A DNA stretch of 32,000 nt from contig DATGGU010000179.1 in assembly GCA_035308365.1 (NCBI GenBank), positions 3,139-35,138 of the forward strand, in the 5' to 3' direction. Numbering within the stretch: position 1 is the stretch's first letter; the number at the start of each line of letters is the position of its first letter. A program made the position numbers and the translations under genes. This DNA is from Streptosporangiaceae bacterium (lineage in GTDB: Bacteria; Actinomycetota; Actinomycetes; Streptosporangiales; Streptosporangiaceae). This document shows, piece by piece, positions 18,595 through 29,536 of this stretch. The notes below the pieces were generated by a model. The model was not told where the DNA came from, searched no databases, and saw only the letters and a program-made list of their open reading frames with translations.

Positions 18595-19902
18595 TCACGG
18601 GGCGCCCCGGGTGGCGACCGCGGCTACATGCGCTGGCAGGTCTTCGGCGCCGCCGAGGGCAGCCACCTGCGGCAGCGTGGCCGCCAGCGCGGCCTGGCTG
18701 CATTCCACGACGTTGACCAGCCGAAGGAAGGGCAGCACGGACAGGCCCGAGGTGTGCCGCGCCGACCCGCCGGTGGGCAGCACGTGATTCGATCCGGCCA
18801 GGTAGTCCCCGAGCGAGACCGGCGCGAACGGCCCGGCGAAGACGGCCCCGGCGCTGCGCACCCGCCGGGCCAGCTCACCGGCGTTCCTGGCCTGAATCTC
18901 CAGGTGCTCGGGCGCCCAGGCGTCCGCCACGGCCAGGGCGGCGTCCATATCGCCGGTGATCACCTGGGCGGACTGCCCGGCCAGCGCGGCCTCGACCCGC
19001 TCACGATGGCCGGCCGCCCGGACGCTGTGAGCCAGCTCGGCCGCTACCCGGCCGGCCAGGCCGGCGTCGGGGGTGATGAGCAGGCATGCGGCAAGCGGGT
19101 CGTGCTCGGCCTGCGCGATCAGGTCGGCAGCCAGGTACCTGGGGCTGGCCGTGTCATCGGCCACGATCGCTATCTCGGTCGGCCCGTTCTCGCCGTCGGT
19201 GCCGACCACGCCGCGCAGTACCCGCTTGGCCGCGGCCACGTAGACGTTCCCCGGGCCGGTGACCACGTCCACGGGGTCGCACTCGGGTGTGCCGTAGGCG
19301 AGCATGGCGAGCGCCTGTGCGCCGCCAACGGCGTGCACCTCGCTCACCCCCAGCAGCGCGCAGGCGGCCAGCACCGCCGGATGCGGCAGGCCGCCGTGGG
19401 CCGCCTGCGGCGGCGATGCCACGGCGATCTCACCAACCCCGGCGACCTGGGCCGGGACGACGTTCATGACCACCGACGAGGGGTAGGCGGTCAGACCGCC
19501 CGGCACGTAAACCCCGGCCCGGCCCACCGGCACGAACCGGCCGGTGACCGTCAGCCCGTCGGCGACCGGCGTGACGATGTCCCCGCGCAACTGGGCCCGG
19601 TGCACCAGGGTGGCGCGCCGGGCCGCCTCGGTGAGGGCCGCCCGCACCTGCTCGTCCAGCTTGCCGAGCGCGTCGTCGAGCGCACCGGCCGGGACTGCGG
19701 TCGAGGCCAGGTCCACCCCGTCGAACCGGCGGGTGTACTCACGCACCGCCGCGGCGCCGCGGCGCCGCACGTCCTCGCAGACCGGCTGGACCTGCAGCGC
19801 CGCGGTGGCCACGTCCAGGACGGCCCTGGGCAGCACGCCGTGCAGGGCAGCCCTGGTCAGCTCCGGTGCGGCCCTGCCCCGCAGGTCAATCGTGGCAAGC
19901 AT
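18595..19902 (-). CDS. hisD: histidinol dehydrogenase
   Basis: 435 aa with ...[14 protein letters not shown]-like [30 protein letters not shown] and ...[13 protein letters not shown]. Confidence 0.95.
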   Translation of the reverse strand: MLATIDLRGRAAPELTRAALHGVLPRAVLDVATAALQVQPVCEDVRRRGAAAVREYTRRFDGVDLASTAVPAGALDDALGKLDEQVRAALTEAARRATLVHRAQLRGDIVTPVADGLTVTGRFVPVGRAGVYVPGGLTAYPSSVVMNVVPAQVAGVGEIAVASPPQAAHGGLPHPAVLAACALLGVSEVHAVGGAQALAMLAYGTPECDPVDVVTGPGNVYVAAAKRVLRGVVGTDGENGPTEIAIVADDTASPRYLAADLIAQAEHDPLAACLLITPDAGLAGRVAAELAHSVRAAGHRERVEAALAGQSAQVITGDMDAALAVADAWAPEHLEIQARNAGELARRVRSAGAVFAGPFAPVSLGDYLAGSNHVLPTGGSARHTSGLSVLPFLRLVNVVECSQAALAATLPQVAALGGAEDLPAHVAAVATRGAP

Positions 19903-20055
19903 TGGCTCAGCCTATCGGGCCACCGCGCAGCGTGGCGGCTGTGCATCACGGCGGGACACCCTGATGCGAGCGTACGGCCTGCGTGGCACTCTTATCGGAC
20001 CAGCGTCCGGCATACCGGGGCCAGTGTCCGGACCACAGACGAAAGTGAACCACCG

Positions 20056-21774
20056 GTGACCCACCAGCACGACACCAGCAGCCAGGCCGACCTCGCCTTC
20101 ACCGAACTGGCCACCGCTTACCTCGACGACACCGGCGAGCGGCTTCCCGAGTTCGCCACCGCCCTCGGCGATCACCGCTTCGACGCGCATCTGCCGGTGT
20201 TCACCCAGGCCGCGCTCGACGCCGAGCGGCAGGCCCTGGAGGGTTTCACGGCCAGGCTGGCGGCCATCGACCACGCCACGCTGAGCCCGGAGAACCAGGT
20301 GGACGCCGCCATGCTCGGCACCGCGCTGAAACGGCGGATGTACGAGCGGGAGGCGATGCGGGAACACACCTGGAACCCGCTGGTCGCCAACCCGGGCCGG
20401 GCCATCCGGCTGCTGCTGGCCAGGGACTTCGCCCCACTGCCCGAGAGGCTGGCATCGGTGGCCGGGCGGCTCGCCGAGGTGCCCGGGGCGCTGGCCGGTG
20501 CCCGCAACCTGCTCGGGCCCATGCCGCGGGTGCACCTGGAGACCGCCATCGGCCAGTTCACCGGCACGATTTCACTGGTGACCAAAGAGATCGACCAGGC
20601 GCTCGAGGACGCACAGCACCGTTCCGGCGCGACGCCAGCCCTACGGCAGTGTGCGGCCCAGATCGGCGCCGTGCGGCCGGCCGCTCTGGAAGCACTGGAC
20701 GAGCATCGCGCCTGGCTGTCCGCCAAGCTGGACGAGGGCAATGCGAACGGCGGGTTCGCCGACCCGCGGACCGGCCCCGAACGATTCGCCCGCAAGCTGT
20801 CGCTCACCCTGGACGCCGAGGCGGACGACGGCGCGATCCTGGCCAGGGCGCTCGCCGACCTGGACCGGGTGAGCGAGGAAATGGCCGGGCTGGCGGCCGG
20901 GCTGGCAGGGCCGGCCAGCGGCACCGACCGCGCTGCGGTGGTGCGGCAGGTGCTCGGCTCGCTGGCCGCCGACGCGCCGGACGACAAGACCATCCTGGAG
21001 CTGTGCCGCGGCGCGCTGGCCCAGCAGGCCGCCTTCGTCACCGCGCACAAGCTGGTGACCGTCCACGACGACCCGGTCGACCTGATCGAGATGCCGGAGA
21101 TCGACCGCGGCGTCGCGGTCGCCTACTGCGACTCACCGGGCCCGCTGGAGCCCCGGGGCATGCCGACGTTCGTCGCGGTCTCCCCCACCCCGGCGGCCTG
21201 GCCGGCCGAACGGGTGGCCTCGTTCTACCGCGAGTACAACCGGCACATGGTGCACAACCTGATGATCCACGAGGCGATGCCCGGCCACTTCGTGCAGCTG
21301 GGGCACTCCCGGCGGTTCACCGGCACGCCCACCCCGCTGCGCTCGGCGCTGCGGTCGGGGTCGTTCGTCGAAGGCTGGGCGGTCTACGCCGAAGAGCTCA
21401 TGGCCATCCACGAGTACCCGGGCCTGGGCGACCCTCGCAAGGTGCGGATGCAGCAGCTGAAGATGCAGCTCCGCATGATCATGAACGCGATCCTCGACGC
21501 CGGGGTGCACACCCAGGGGATGACCGAGGCCGAGGCGATGAGCCTGATGACCGGCCGCGGGTTCCAGGAAGAAGGCGAGGCGGCCGGCAAGTGGCGCCGC
21601 GCGCAGCTCACCTCCACCCAGCTGTCCACCTACTACGTCGGGTATACCGAGGTCGCCGACCTCGCCGCCGAGCTGAAGGCGGCCAGCCCCGGGCAGCCCG
21701 AACGGGAGCTGCACGACCGCATGCTCGCCCACGGCACACCTCCGGTCCGGCGCCTGCGCACCCTGGTCAGCTAG
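20056..21774 (+). CDS. DUF885 family protein (HEXXPGH metalloprotein-like)
   Basis: The C-terminal region contains NLMIHEAMPGHFVQLGH and YPGLGDPRKVRMQQLKMQLRMIMNAILDAGVH, typical of DUF885. The 1079-aa track ORF is an antisense-to-hisD extension. The first plausible start after hisD is GTG 20056, so the start is uncertain. Confidence 0.75.
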   Translation: MTHQHDTSSQADLAFTELATAYLDDTGERLPEFATALGDHRFDAHLPVFTQAALDAERQALEGFTARLAAIDHATLSPENQVDAAMLGTALKRRMYEREAMREHTWNPLVANPGRAIRLLLARDFAPLPERLASVAGRLAEVPGALAGARNLLGPMPRVHLETAIGQFTGTISLVTKEIDQALEDAQHRSGATPALRQCAAQIGAVRPAALEALDEHRAWLSAKLDEGNANGGFADPRTGPERFARKLSLTLDAEADDGAILARALADLDRVSEEMAGLAAGLAGPASGTDRAAVVRQVLGSLAADAPDDKTILELCRGALAQQAAFVTAHKLVTVHDDPVDLIEMPEIDRGVAVAYCDSPGPLEPRGMPTFVAVSPTPAAWPAERVASFYREYNRHMVHNLMIHEAMPGHFVQLGHSRRFTGTPTPLRSALRSGSFVEGWAVYAEELMAIHEYPGLGDPRKVRMQQLKMQLRMIMNAILDAGVHTQGMTEAEAMSLMTGRGFQEEGEAAGKWRRAQLTSTQLSTYYVGYTEVADLAAELKAASPGQPERELHDRMLAHGTPPVRRLRTLVS

Positions 21775-22402
21775 CGCCGCTCTCGCCCTCGAGGGCCAGC
21801 TCCGCGCGCTTGCGCTCGGCCGGCTGGCTGGCCAGCTCGATGGCGCCCACGGTGAACGCGGCGAACAGCGGCCAGAAGGCGAGCGCGCCACGCCCGGCCA
21901 GGGCGAGCGGCTCGTGCAACTGGGCCCCGACCGGGCTGGAGGCGAGCTGGGACCGGAACCCGGCGAGTCCCTGCTGCTGCCCGGTCCACATGGCCAGCAC
22001 GGCCGCGGCCACACCACCGAGGACGAGGCCGGTCACCGCTACCGCGCCGTGCCTGCGGACCACGATGAAGTAACCGGCCACCCCGCACAGCAGCCCGGCC
22101 GCCGCGGTCAGCAGGCAGAACCACCCTTCGGCGGCGATGAACGCGCTGGTCTCCGGGTTCGCGACGTAGGCGACGCCACGGCTCTGCACGACGAGCAGCG
22201 CCCTGGGCGCGACCGCCGACCAGAGGAACCCGGCGAGCAGGCCTGCCGCGGCGCTCGCCGCCGCGGTGGCGAGCAGGACGGCAACCGCGCCGCCGAACCT
22301 GGCCGCCGCGCCCATTCGCCGGGCGGCCTGGGCCGGACCGGGAGCAGTGGCGGGCACAGGCCCGCTGCGCGGTGCGTCGGGATACTGGCCGGGTTGCGTC
22401 AT
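21767..22402 (-). CDS. hypothetical integral membrane protein (about 4 transmembrane segments)
   Basis: A Pro/Ala-rich N-terminus is followed by the hydrophobic segments AVAVLLATAAASAAAGLLAGFLW, GWFCLLTAAAGLLCGVAGYFIV, VTGLVLGGVAAAVLAMW and ALAFWPLFAAFTVGAI. The start is taken as ATG 22402. The 3' end overlaps the DUF885 stop by 8 nt (convergent genes). Confidence 0.6.
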   Translation of the reverse strand: MTQPGQYPDAPRSGPVPATAPGPAQAARRMGAAARFGGAVAVLLATAAASAAAGLLAGFLWSAVAPRALLVVQSRGVAYVANPETSAFIAAEGWFCLLTAAAGLLCGVAGYFIVVRRHGAVAVTGLVLGGVAAAVLAMWTGQQQGLAGFRSQLASSPVGAQLHEPLALAGRGALAFWPLFAAFTVGAIELASQPAERKRAELALEGESGAS

Positions 22403-22530
22403 TCTGGGCAGCAGGGTACGCGACACCGGCGATCTGAATGCAAGAATCTGCCGCCCGCACCCTGCGGCTGTACCGGAGGCCGGACCGCAATGCGCTCCAC
22501 GGCGGGCGCGACTTGTGCTAGATAAGAGAT

Positions 22531-22570
22531 TGGTTAACCACACATGTGCGCCCGGCGAGAATGGTTAACC
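22531..22570. promoter_or_regulatory. two copies of TGGTTAACC (GGTTAACC palindrome) 31 bp apart, upstream of the ABC transporter
   Basis: The copies are TGGTTAACC at 22531-22539 and 22562-22570. They sit in an AT-rich patch of the 185-bp divergent intergenic region, 18-57 nt upstream of ATG 22588. Confidence 0.4.
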
Positions 22571-22587
22571 GGTCAACTGGGGGTCCC

Positions 22588-23592
22588 ATGATCGAGGCTC
22601 GTGTTCTGACCAAACGGTACGGCCCGAAGGTGGCGGTAAACCAGCTCTCGTTCACCGTCGAGCCTGGCAAGGTCACCGGATTTCTCGGCCCGAACGGGGC
22701 GGGCAAGTCCACCACGATGCGGCTCATACTGGGCCTGGACCGCCCTGACGGCGGCACCGCCACCATCGACGGCAAGCACTACCGCGAGCTCGCCAGCCCG
22801 CTGCGTACGGTGGGAGCCCTGCTGGAGGCCCGTTCGGTGCACACCGGCCGGACGGCCTTCGACCACCTGCTCTTCCTGGCCCAGACCCAGGGGCTGCCAC
22901 GGCAGCGGGTGCGGCAGGTGATCGACCTGGTCGGGCTCGGCGCGGTGGCGAACAAGCGGACCGGCGGATTCTCGCTGGGCATGAGCCAGCGCCTGGGCAT
23001 CGCCGCGGCGCTGCTCGGCGACCCGCAGGTGTTCCTGCTGGACGAGCCGGTGAACGGCCTCGACCCCGAGGGCATCCTGTGGATCCGCAACCTGATGAAG
23101 CGGCTGGCCGCCGAGGGGCGCACCGTGTTCGTCTCCAGCCACCTGATGAACGAGATGGCCGTCACCGCTGATCACCTGATCGTGATCGGCCGGGGCGAGC
23201 TTATCGCGGACTGCAGCACGCAGGAGTTCATCGGCAGCCGTACCCGGCAGTCGGTGCTCGTCCGCACGCCCGACCCGGACCGGCTGGCCAGCGCGATCAC
23301 CGCCGAGGGCGGGCACGTCTCGGTGGCGCCTTCGGACGGGAACGCCATAGCGGCCGCCGCGGGCGGGCAGCCGGCCGCCGCCCTCACCGTCACCGGCATC
23401 CCCGCGCCGCGGATCGGCGAACTCGCGGCCGCCACCTCGGTCGTGCTGCACGAGCTCACCCCGCAGACGGGGTCCCTGGAGGAAGCGTTCATGGAAATGA
23501 CCGCCGACAGCGTCGAGTACGGCCAGCACCAGGCCCCCGCCCCGTCACCACCCAGTACGGCCGCCGTGCCGGGCGAACGGAGTGGCTCATGA
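22588..23592 (+). CDS. ABC transporter ATP-binding protein (ABC-2/DrrA-like, with a C-terminal extension)
   Basis: MIEARVLTKRYG..., Walker A GPNGAGKST, signature LSLGMSQRL-like FSLGMSQRLGIA, and Walker B FLLDEPVNGLD. The start is ATG 22588, in frame with track ORF 22546. Confidence 0.9.
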   Translation: MIEARVLTKRYGPKVAVNQLSFTVEPGKVTGFLGPNGAGKSTTMRLILGLDRPDGGTATIDGKHYRELASPLRTVGALLEARSVHTGRTAFDHLLFLAQTQGLPRQRVRQVIDLVGLGAVANKRTGGFSLGMSQRLGIAAALLGDPQVFLLDEPVNGLDPEGILWIRNLMKRLAAEGRTVFVSSHLMNEMAVTADHLIVIGRGELIADCSTQEFIGSRTRQSVLVRTPDPDRLASAITAEGGHVSVAPSDGNAIAAAAGGQPAAALTVTGIPAPRIGELAAATSVVLHELTPQTGSLEEAFMEMTADSVEYGQHQAPAPSPPSTAAVPGERSGS

Positions 23593-24425
23593 CCGCCGCG
23601 ACGCCCCCGGTGCAGATGACCCCGCTGCCGCCGCCCGGGCACCAGGGGTTCGGCCGCCTGCTGCAAAGCGAATGGACGAAGCTCCGCTCGGTTCGCTCCA
23701 CCATCTGGTCGCTGGTCCTGCTGGTGATCCTCACCCTCGGGCTGACCGGCCTGATCGCCGGCATCACCGAGGCGCAGTGGCACAAGATCGGCGCTGCGTC
23801 ACGGGCCACCGTCATCGGCGACCCGGTCGCCACGATCCTCGGCGCCTCGGTGGAGTTCGGCCAGCTCACCATCGTCGTGCTCGGCATCCTGGTGATCTCG
23901 TCCGAGTACTCGACCGGCGCGATCCGGGCCTCCTTGCTGGCCGTCCCCCGCCGCCTGCACATGCTGACCGCCAAGGCGATCACGTTCACCGCGCTGATCT
24001 TCGTGCTGGCCGAGGTCGTCTGCTTCGCCGCGTTCTTCCTCGGCTCGGCGATCCTGCACAGCCACGTCCCGGTCTCGCTGAGCGGCCCGCACGTGGCCCG
24101 TGCCGTCGTCGGCGCCGGCCTCTACCTGACCGTCCTGGGGTTGTTCTCGATGGCCATCGGCGGCCTGATCCGGCACACCGCGGGCGCGATCGCCGGCGTC
24201 ATCGCCTTCGTCATCGTCCTGGAGCCGCTGTCCACCCTGATCCCGGGCACCTGGGGCCACCACATCCACGACTACCTGCCCACCTCGGCGGGCCGCCTGG
24301 TCTACCAGATCCGCCCGGTCTCCGGCCAGGTCCTGCCAGCCTGGGGCGGCTTCGCCGTCTTCTGCGGCTGGACCGCCGCCCTGCTCATCGCCTGGGCAGT
24401 GACCCTCAAGCTGCGGGACGCATAG
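23589..24425 (+). CDS. ABC-2 family transporter permease
   Basis: 278 aa with six predicted hydrophobic segments and an N-terminal LLQSEWTKLRSVRST motif common in actinobacterial ABC-2 permeases. There is an ATGA overlap with the ATPase gene. Confidence 0.85.
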   Translation: MTAATPPVQMTPLPPPGHQGFGRLLQSEWTKLRSVRSTIWSLVLLVILTLGLTGLIAGITEAQWHKIGAASRATVIGDPVATILGASVEFGQLTIVVLGILVISSEYSTGAIRASLLAVPRRLHMLTAKAITFTALIFVLAEVVCFAAFFLGSAILHSHVPVSLSGPHVARAVVGAGLYLTVLGLFSMAIGGLIRHTAGAIAGVIAFVIVLEPLSTLIPGTWGHHIHDYLPTSAGRLVYQIRPVSGQVLPAWGGFAVFCGWTAALLIAWAVTLKLRDA

Positions 24426-24483
24426 GGGTTCCGGGGGCCGGCCCGCGTAAATGGCAAAATCCCCAGCCCCGTTCGTGGGGGGT

Positions 24484-24502
24484 CCGGGGGCTCGGCCCCG
24501 GG
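24484..24502. terminator. GC-rich hairpin between the convergent ABC permease and dnaE 3' ends (possible bidirectional terminator)
   Basis: CCGGGGGC-UCG-GCCCCGG forms an imperfect stem-loop with no U-tract. It is part of a duplicated motif, GGGGTYCCGGGGGC..GGCCC..GTAAAT, at 24426-24452 and 24477-24507. Confidence 0.3.
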
Positions 24503-24568
24503 TAAATACTGCGGGCCCACGGCGAAGCTGGCCGAGGCCAGCGAGCAGGGCTGGCCGCCTTGGGATGC

Positions 24569-27500
24569 CTAGCTGGCCATCCCGGCACAACCCGGGCCCA
24601 GCAACTGCTTGAGATCCCCGAGCAGGGCCGGTGACGGCGAGACGCGCAGTTTGTCGTCCAGCCGGACAACGGTGGTCTTCTGCTTCCCGGCGAGCCGCAG
24701 GTGCACCTCGGTGGCTCCCGGGTGCGTCCGGAGCACCTCGCGCAGTTGCTCCACCACCGGCGCCACGCACCGGGCCACCGGCATCTCAACCACGAAAGGG
24801 CCGCCCTCACCCGGCGTGGTATCCGGCACCTTCACGTCCATGGCGATCAGCTTCGGCACCTCGTCGCGCCGGTCCAGCCTGCCCTTGACCACGAGGATGG
24901 CGTCCTCGGCGAGGTAAGCAGCGCAGGTCTGGTAGGTGGCCGGGAAGAACAGCACCTCGATGGCGCCTTCGAGATCCTCCAGGGTGGCCTGCGCCCAGGT
25001 GTTGCCCTGCTTGGTGACCTTGCGGGTCAGGCCGGACAGGATGCCGCCGACGGCGACCACCTGGCCGTCGTCCCGGCCGCCGCGCCTGCGGTCGGGCTCG
25101 CCGTACTCGGCGCCCGGCTCGGTGGAGCCGAGCAGTTGCGCGATGGAGCAGTCGGTCCCGGTGGCCAGCACGTGCTCCAGCCCGAGCAGCGGGTGATCGG
25201 AGACGTACAGGCCGAGCATCTCCCGCTCGAAGCCGAGCAGGACGGACTTCTCCCACTCACCCTCAGGGACCGGGATGTCGAACATCGTCTCGGCCTCGGC
25301 GTCGTCACCGAACAACGTATCCTGACCGGCAGCTTCTTGGCGCTTGACATCGATCACCTGGTCGACGGACTGCTCGTGGATCAGCACCAGGCCCTTGCGC
25401 GGATGGCCGAGCGAGTCGAACGCGCCGGCCTTGACCAGCGACTCGATGACCCGCTTGTTGCACACCGTGACCGGGACCTTGCGCAGGAAGTCGGCGAAGC
25501 TGGTGAACGCGCCCTTGGACCGCCTGGTCGCCACGATCGCGTCCACCACGTTGATGCCGACGTTGCGGATCGCGGCCAGGCCGAACCTGATGTCGGCGCC
25601 GACCGGGGTGAAGTTGGCCGCCGATGCGTTTACGTCCGGGGGCAGTACCTTGATCCCCATCCGGCGGCATTCGCTCAGGTAGAGGGCACTCTTGTCCTTG
25701 TCGCCGGAGATCGAGGTGAGCAGGGCGGCCATGTACTCGGCCGGGTAGTTGGCCTTGAGGTAGGCGGTCCAGTAGGACACCACGCCGTAGGCGGCGCTGT
25801 GCGCCTTGTTGAACGCGTAGTCGGAGAACGGGACCAGGATGTCCCAGAGCGTCTTGATCGCCGAATCGGAATAGCCGTTGGCCTTCATGCCCGCGGCGAA
25901 CGGCTCGAACTCCTTGTCGAGGATCTCCTTCTTCTTCTTGCCCATGGCCCGGCGGAGCAGGTCGGCGCTGCCCAGGGAGTAGCCGGCCACCACCTGGGCG
26001 ATCGACATGACCTGCTCCTGGTAGACGATCAGCCCGTAGGTGCTGCCAAGGACCTCGGCCAGCGACTCGGCCAGCTCCGGGTGGATGGGGACCACCGGTT
26101 TGCGGCCGTTCTTGCGGTCGGCGTATTCGTTGTGCGCGTTCGCACCCATCGGGCCCGGCCGGTACAGCGCGCCCACCGCGGAGATGTCCTCGAAGTTGTC
26201 TGGCCGCATGCTGCGCAGCAGGGCCCGCATCGGGCCGCCGTCGAACTGGAAGATCCCCAGCGTGTCGCCGCGGGCAAGCAGTTCGTAGGTGGGCTTGTCA
26301 TCCAGCGGCAGATGCTCCAGGACGATCTCCTGGCCGCGGTTGTCCTTGATGCCGGCCACCGCGTCGTCCAGCACGGTGAGGTTGCGCAGGCCCAGGAAGT
26401 CCATCTTGAGCAGGCCCAGGCTCTCACACGCCGGGTAGTCGAACTGGGTGATGATCGCGCCGTCGGCCTCGCGCTTCCACACCGGTATGCGGTCGATGAT
26501 CGGCTCGCTGCTCATGATCACGCCGGCCGCGTGTACACCGGCCTGGCGGATCAGCCCCTCCAGGCCCTTGGCCGTGTCGATGACCTGGCGGACCTCGGAC
26601 TCGGCCTCGTACAGGGCGCGGATCTCACCGGCCTCCCCGTAGCGGGGGTGGGCCGGGTCGAAGACACCGGTGAGCGGGATGTCCTTCCCCATTACGGCGG
26701 GGGGGAAAGCCTTGGTGATCCGGTCGCCGAGCGCATAAGGGTAGCCGAGCACCCGGGTGGCATCCTTGACCGCGGCCTTGGCCTTGATCGTGCCGTAGGT
26801 GATGATCTGGGCCACCCGGTCATCGCCGTACTTCTCGGTGACGTAGCGGATCACGTCACCGCGCCGGCGCTCGTCGAAGTCGATGTCGATGTCGGGCATC
26901 GAGACGCGTTCGGGATTGAGGAACCGTTCGAACACCAGCCCGTGGTTGAGCGGGTCGAGGTCGGTGATGCCCAGCGCGTAGGCGACGATGCTGCCCGCCG
27001 CGGAGCCGCGGCCGGGACCGACCCGGATCCCGTTGCGCTTGGCCCACATGATGAAGTCGGCCACGACCAGGAAGTACGAGCAGAATCCCATCGTGGTGAT
27101 GATGCCCATCTCGTACTCGGCCTGCTGGCGGCGCTGCTCGTCGTAGCCACCGGGGTAGCGGCGCTCCATCCCCCGCCACACCTCGGCGCGGAAGCAGCTC
27201 TCCTCGGTCTCGCCCTCGGGCACCGGGTACTTCGGCATCAGGTTCTGCTTGGTGAACGCCACCTCGCAGCGTTCGGCGATGAGCAGCGTCGAATCGCAGC
27301 CCGCCTGCCATTCCCCGGCCGTGCTCACCGCACGCATCTCGGCGGGAGACTTCACGTAGTAGCCGGTGCCGTCGAACTTGAACCGGCCGGGGTCGGCCAG
27401 GTTGGACCCGGTCTGCACGCACAGCAGCACCTCGTGCGCCTGCGCGTCGGACGGCCTGGTGTAGTGCGAATCGTTGGTGACGACCCAGGGCAGCGAGAGC

Positions 27501-28150
27501 TCGGCAGCGATCTGGCGCAGGCCGTCGCGGACCCGCAACTCGATGTCGAGCCCGTGGTCCATGATCTCGACGAAGAAGTTATCCGGGCCGAAGATGTCGC
27601 GGTAGGCCGCGGCCGCCTCGACGGCCTGGCGGTACTGACCGAGCCGCAGCCTGGTCTGCACCTCACCCGACGGGCAGCCGGTGGTCGCGATGATCCCCTT
27701 GGCGTACTGGGCGAGCAGCTCACGGTCCATCCGCGGCTTGCGGAAGTACCCCTCGATGGAGGCCAGGGAGGACAGCCGGAACAGGTTGTGCATACCCTCG
27801 GTGGTCTCGGCGAGCAGCGTCATGTGGGTGTAGGCACCGGCACCGGAGATGTCGTCGCCGGACTGGCCTGGGCTGCCCCAGCGGACCGGCTGGCGGTGCT
27901 TGCGGTGCTCGGGCGCCAGGTACGCCTCGATCCCGATGATCGGCTTGACCCCGGCGGCGGTGGCCTTGTTCCAGAAGTCGTAGCCGCCGTAGAGGTTGCC
28001 GTGGTCGGTCATCGCGATGGCCGGCATGCCGGCCTGCTGGCACTGGGAGAACAGGTCCTGCAGCCGGGCCGCGCCGTCCAGCATCGAGTACTCGGTGTGC
28101 ACGTGCAGGTGGACGAACGAATCCTTGGGGTCCACCCCGGCTGCCGTCAT
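24569..28150 (-). CDS. dnaE: DNA polymerase III alpha subunit
   Basis: [30 protein letters not shown] (PHP domain), and the protein is DnaE1-like throughout at about 1193 aa. ATG 28150 lies 11 nt downstream of GAAGGAGG. The track ORF is extended to 28258. Confidence 0.95.
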   Translation of the reverse strand: MTAAGVDPKDSFVHLHVHTEYSMLDGAARLQDLFSQCQQAGMPAIAMTDHGNLYGGYDFWNKATAAGVKPIIGIEAYLAPEHRKHRQPVRWGSPGQSGDDISGAGAYTHMTLLAETTEGMHNLFRLSSLASIEGYFRKPRMDRELLAQYAKGIIATTGCPSGEVQTRLRLGQYRQAVEAAAAYRDIFGPDNFFVEIMDHGLDIELRVRDGLRQIAAELSLPWVVTNDSHYTRPSDAQAHEVLLCVQTGSNLADPGRFKFDGTGYYVKSPAEMRAVSTAGEWQAGCDSTLLIAERCEVAFTKQNLMPKYPVPEGETEESCFRAEVWRGMERRYPGGYDEQRRQQAEYEMGIITTMGFCSYFLVVADFIMWAKRNGIRVGPGRGSAAGSIVAYALGITDLDPLNHGLVFERFLNPERVSMPDIDIDFDERRRGDVIRYVTEKYGDDRVAQIITYGTIKAKAAVKDATRVLGYPYALGDRITKAFPPAVMGKDIPLTGVFDPAHPRYGEAGEIRALYEAESEVRQVIDTAKGLEGLIRQAGVHAAGVIMSSEPIIDRIPVWKREADGAIITQFDYPACESLGLLKMDFLGLRNLTVLDDAVAGIKDNRGQEIVLEHLPLDDKPTYELLARGDTLGIFQFDGGPMRALLRSMRPDNFEDISAVGALYRPGPMGANAHNEYADRKNGRKPVVPIHPELAESLAEVLGSTYGLIVYQEQVMSIAQVVAGYSLGSADLLRRAMGKKKKEILDKEFEPFAAGMKANGYSDSAIKTLWDILVPFSDYAFNKAHSAAYGVVSYWTAYLKANYPAEYMAALLTSISGDKDKSALYLSECRRMGIKVLPPDVNASAANFTPVGADIRFGLAAIRNVGINVVDAIVATRRSKGAFTSFADFLRKVPVTVCNKRVIESLVKAGAFDSLGHPRKGLVLIHEQSVDQVIDVKRQEAAGQDTLFGDDAEAETMFDIPVPEGEWEKSVLLGFEREMLGLYVSDHPLLGLEHVLATGTDCSIAQLLGSTEPGAEYGEPDRRRGGRDDGQVVAVGGILSGLTRKVTKQGNTWAQATLEDLEGAIEVLFFPATYQTCAAYLAEDAILVVKGRLDRRDEVPKLIAMDVKVPDTTPGEGGPFVVEMPVARCVAPVVEQLREVLRTHPGATEVHLRLAGKQKTTVVRLDDKLRVSPSPALLGDLKQLLGPGCAGMAS

Positions 28151-28396
28151 GAGTGACACCGCCTCCTTCGGGCATGCGTAAGAACGCCCTCGCGGGCGCT
28201 CGTCAACCAACCGGGGGAAGTGGCCAGTAACACCATCGGGAGTAAACCCGCAGGTCAAACTTCCGTGAATGGTGGCACCGACCCGGCAAGAACAAGCCTA
28301 ACCCCGGGCAAGATCCTTAACATAGAGGCTCGCCGATCGCCCGTGGGCTGTCTCGGGCAAGCCCCGGCCGGCCGTAGCCGCGTCACTTCTGCCCGG

Positions 28397-29371
28397 TCAA
28401 TCCTGGCCGCGCAGGATGTCGAGGGAGCGGGCCAGATCGGCCGGGTAATCGCTGTGGAACCCGGCCGGCCGGCCGTCGGCCGGGTGGGCGAACGACAGGC
28501 TCACCGCATGCAGCCACTGCCTGGTGATCCCTAGCTGCCTGGCCAGGACCGGGTCGGCGCCATACAGCAGGTCACCCACGCACGGGTGCCTGATCGCCGC
28601 CATGTGGACGCGGATCTGGTGCGTCCGCCCGGTCTCCAGGCGCACCTCGGTCAGGCTGGCGCCGCGGAAGGCTTCGATGGTGTCGTAGTGGGTGACGCTC
28701 GGCCGGCCACCGGCGACGACGGCGAACCTGCCATCACCGGAGGGGTGCCGGCCGATCGGCGCGTCCACCGTGCCGCGCAGCGGGTCGGGGTGGCCCTGCA
28801 CCAGGGCGTGGTAGCGCTTGTCCACCGCGCGCTCCCGGAAGGCCCGTTTGAGCGCGCTGTAGGCGGTCTCGCTCTTGGCCACGACCATCAGGCCGGTGGT
28901 GTTCGCGTCCAGCCGGTGCACGATGCCCTGCCGTTCGGCGGCGCCACTGGTGGCGACCGAATGGCCGGCGGCCTGCAGGCCGCCGGTGACGGTCGGCCCG
29001 GTCCAGCCGGGCGTGGGGTGCGCGGCGACACCCACCGGCTTGTCCACGACCAGGATGTCGGAGTCTTCGTAGAGCACGTTGAGGCCGGGGACGCGCCCGT
29101 GCCCGGCAGCACTGCTTTCCTGGCCGGAAACACGCTCTGCGGCCGCACCGGACTGGCCGCCGCCGGCCGGTGGCAGCGTCACGTCCAGCCATGACCCGGC
29201 CTCGACCCGGTGTGACTTCTGCGCCTGCTGCCCGCCGACGAGCACCAGGCCGCCGGCGATCAGGTCGGCCGCCTTCGCCCGGGACAGCCCGAACATCCGG
29301 GCCAGCGCCGCGTCGAGCCGCTCACCGTCCAGGCCCTCGGGAACGGGCACATGGCGCTGGTCCAGCGTCAC
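28397..29371 (-). CDS. rluD: RluA-family 23S rRNA pseudouridine synthase (RluD-like, with an S4 domain)
   Basis: ...[21 protein letters not shown]...[18 protein letters not shown]...[23 protein letters not shown] start. Confidence 0.9.
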   Translation of the reverse strand: MTLDQRHVPVPEGLDGERLDAALARMFGLSRAKAADLIAGGLVLVGGQQAQKSHRVEAGSWLDVTLPPAGGGQSGAAAERVSGQESSAAGHGRVPGLNVLYEDSDILVVDKPVGVAAHPTPGWTGPTVTGGLQAAGHSVATSGAAERQGIVHRLDANTTGLMVVAKSETAYSALKRAFRERAVDKRYHALVQGHPDPLRGTVDAPIGRHPSGDGRFAVVAGGRPSVTHYDTIEAFRGASLTEVRLETGRTHQIRVHMAAIRHPCVGDLLYGADPVLARQLGITRQWLHAVSLSFAHPADGRPAGFHSDYPADLARSLDILRGQD

Positions 29372-29536
29372 GGCAAAGGTCCTTTCAGAACACGGATCTT
29401 CCCAGGCTGCCGCAAGTCAGTTGCCGCGCTGCCATCCGCACCGGCACCCGGGCAGGCCAAATCGGCTGCCCTCGCTGGCCGGTCTTGACGAATCCTCCTG
29501 AGCTTCATGATCGTTTTGATGATTTTGAAAGGATCT

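Noticed and set aside
18535-20055. The N-terminal 507 codons of the 1079-aa track ORF that ends as the DUF885 protein.
   Set aside because: This part runs antisense through hisD and hisC and has no protein-like composition. DUF885 similarity begins only after about 20056, so the gene was trimmed to the first start beyond hisD.
19903-20055. The hisD leader, checked for a His-codon leader peptide, a T-box or an attenuator.
   Set aside because: I found only a modest hairpin (GCCACGC...GCGGUGGC, about 19926-19944). There is no run of His codons, no UGGN-bulge architecture and no terminator-like structure. The 153 bp are shared with the divergent DUF885 promoter.
24701-28156. A 1151-aa plus-strand ORF, together with many other long ORFs such as 1179-2783 (+), 5518-6708 (+), 9505-11058 (+), 12059-13669 (+) and 13768-14703 (-).
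   Set aside because: They lie antisense to, or out of frame with, clearly identifiable conserved genes (dnaE, gltB, lgt, trp genes, aspS, ppgK). Their translations are Arg/Gly/Pro/Ala-rich low-complexity strings, which are typical stop-codon-poor artefacts of high-GC DNA.
28151-28396. The 246-bp rluD-dnaE spacer, relatively GC-poor; checked for SOS/LexA or RecA-NDp-type motifs and for an sRNA.
   Set aside because: I saw no recognisable LexA box or RecA-independent promoter motif, and no convincing promoter hexamer pair or stable structure. It is probably just the dnaE promoter and 5' UTR.
29368-29508. A 46-codon upstream ORF (MKLRRIRQDRPARAADLACPG...) ending in a GTGA overlap with the rluD start; a possible leader peptide.
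   Set aside because: It has no SD sequence. Its third-position GC is only about 67%, against more than 90% in the real genes here. It is simply the tail of a spurious frame that runs out of lspA. This is not enough to call a gene.
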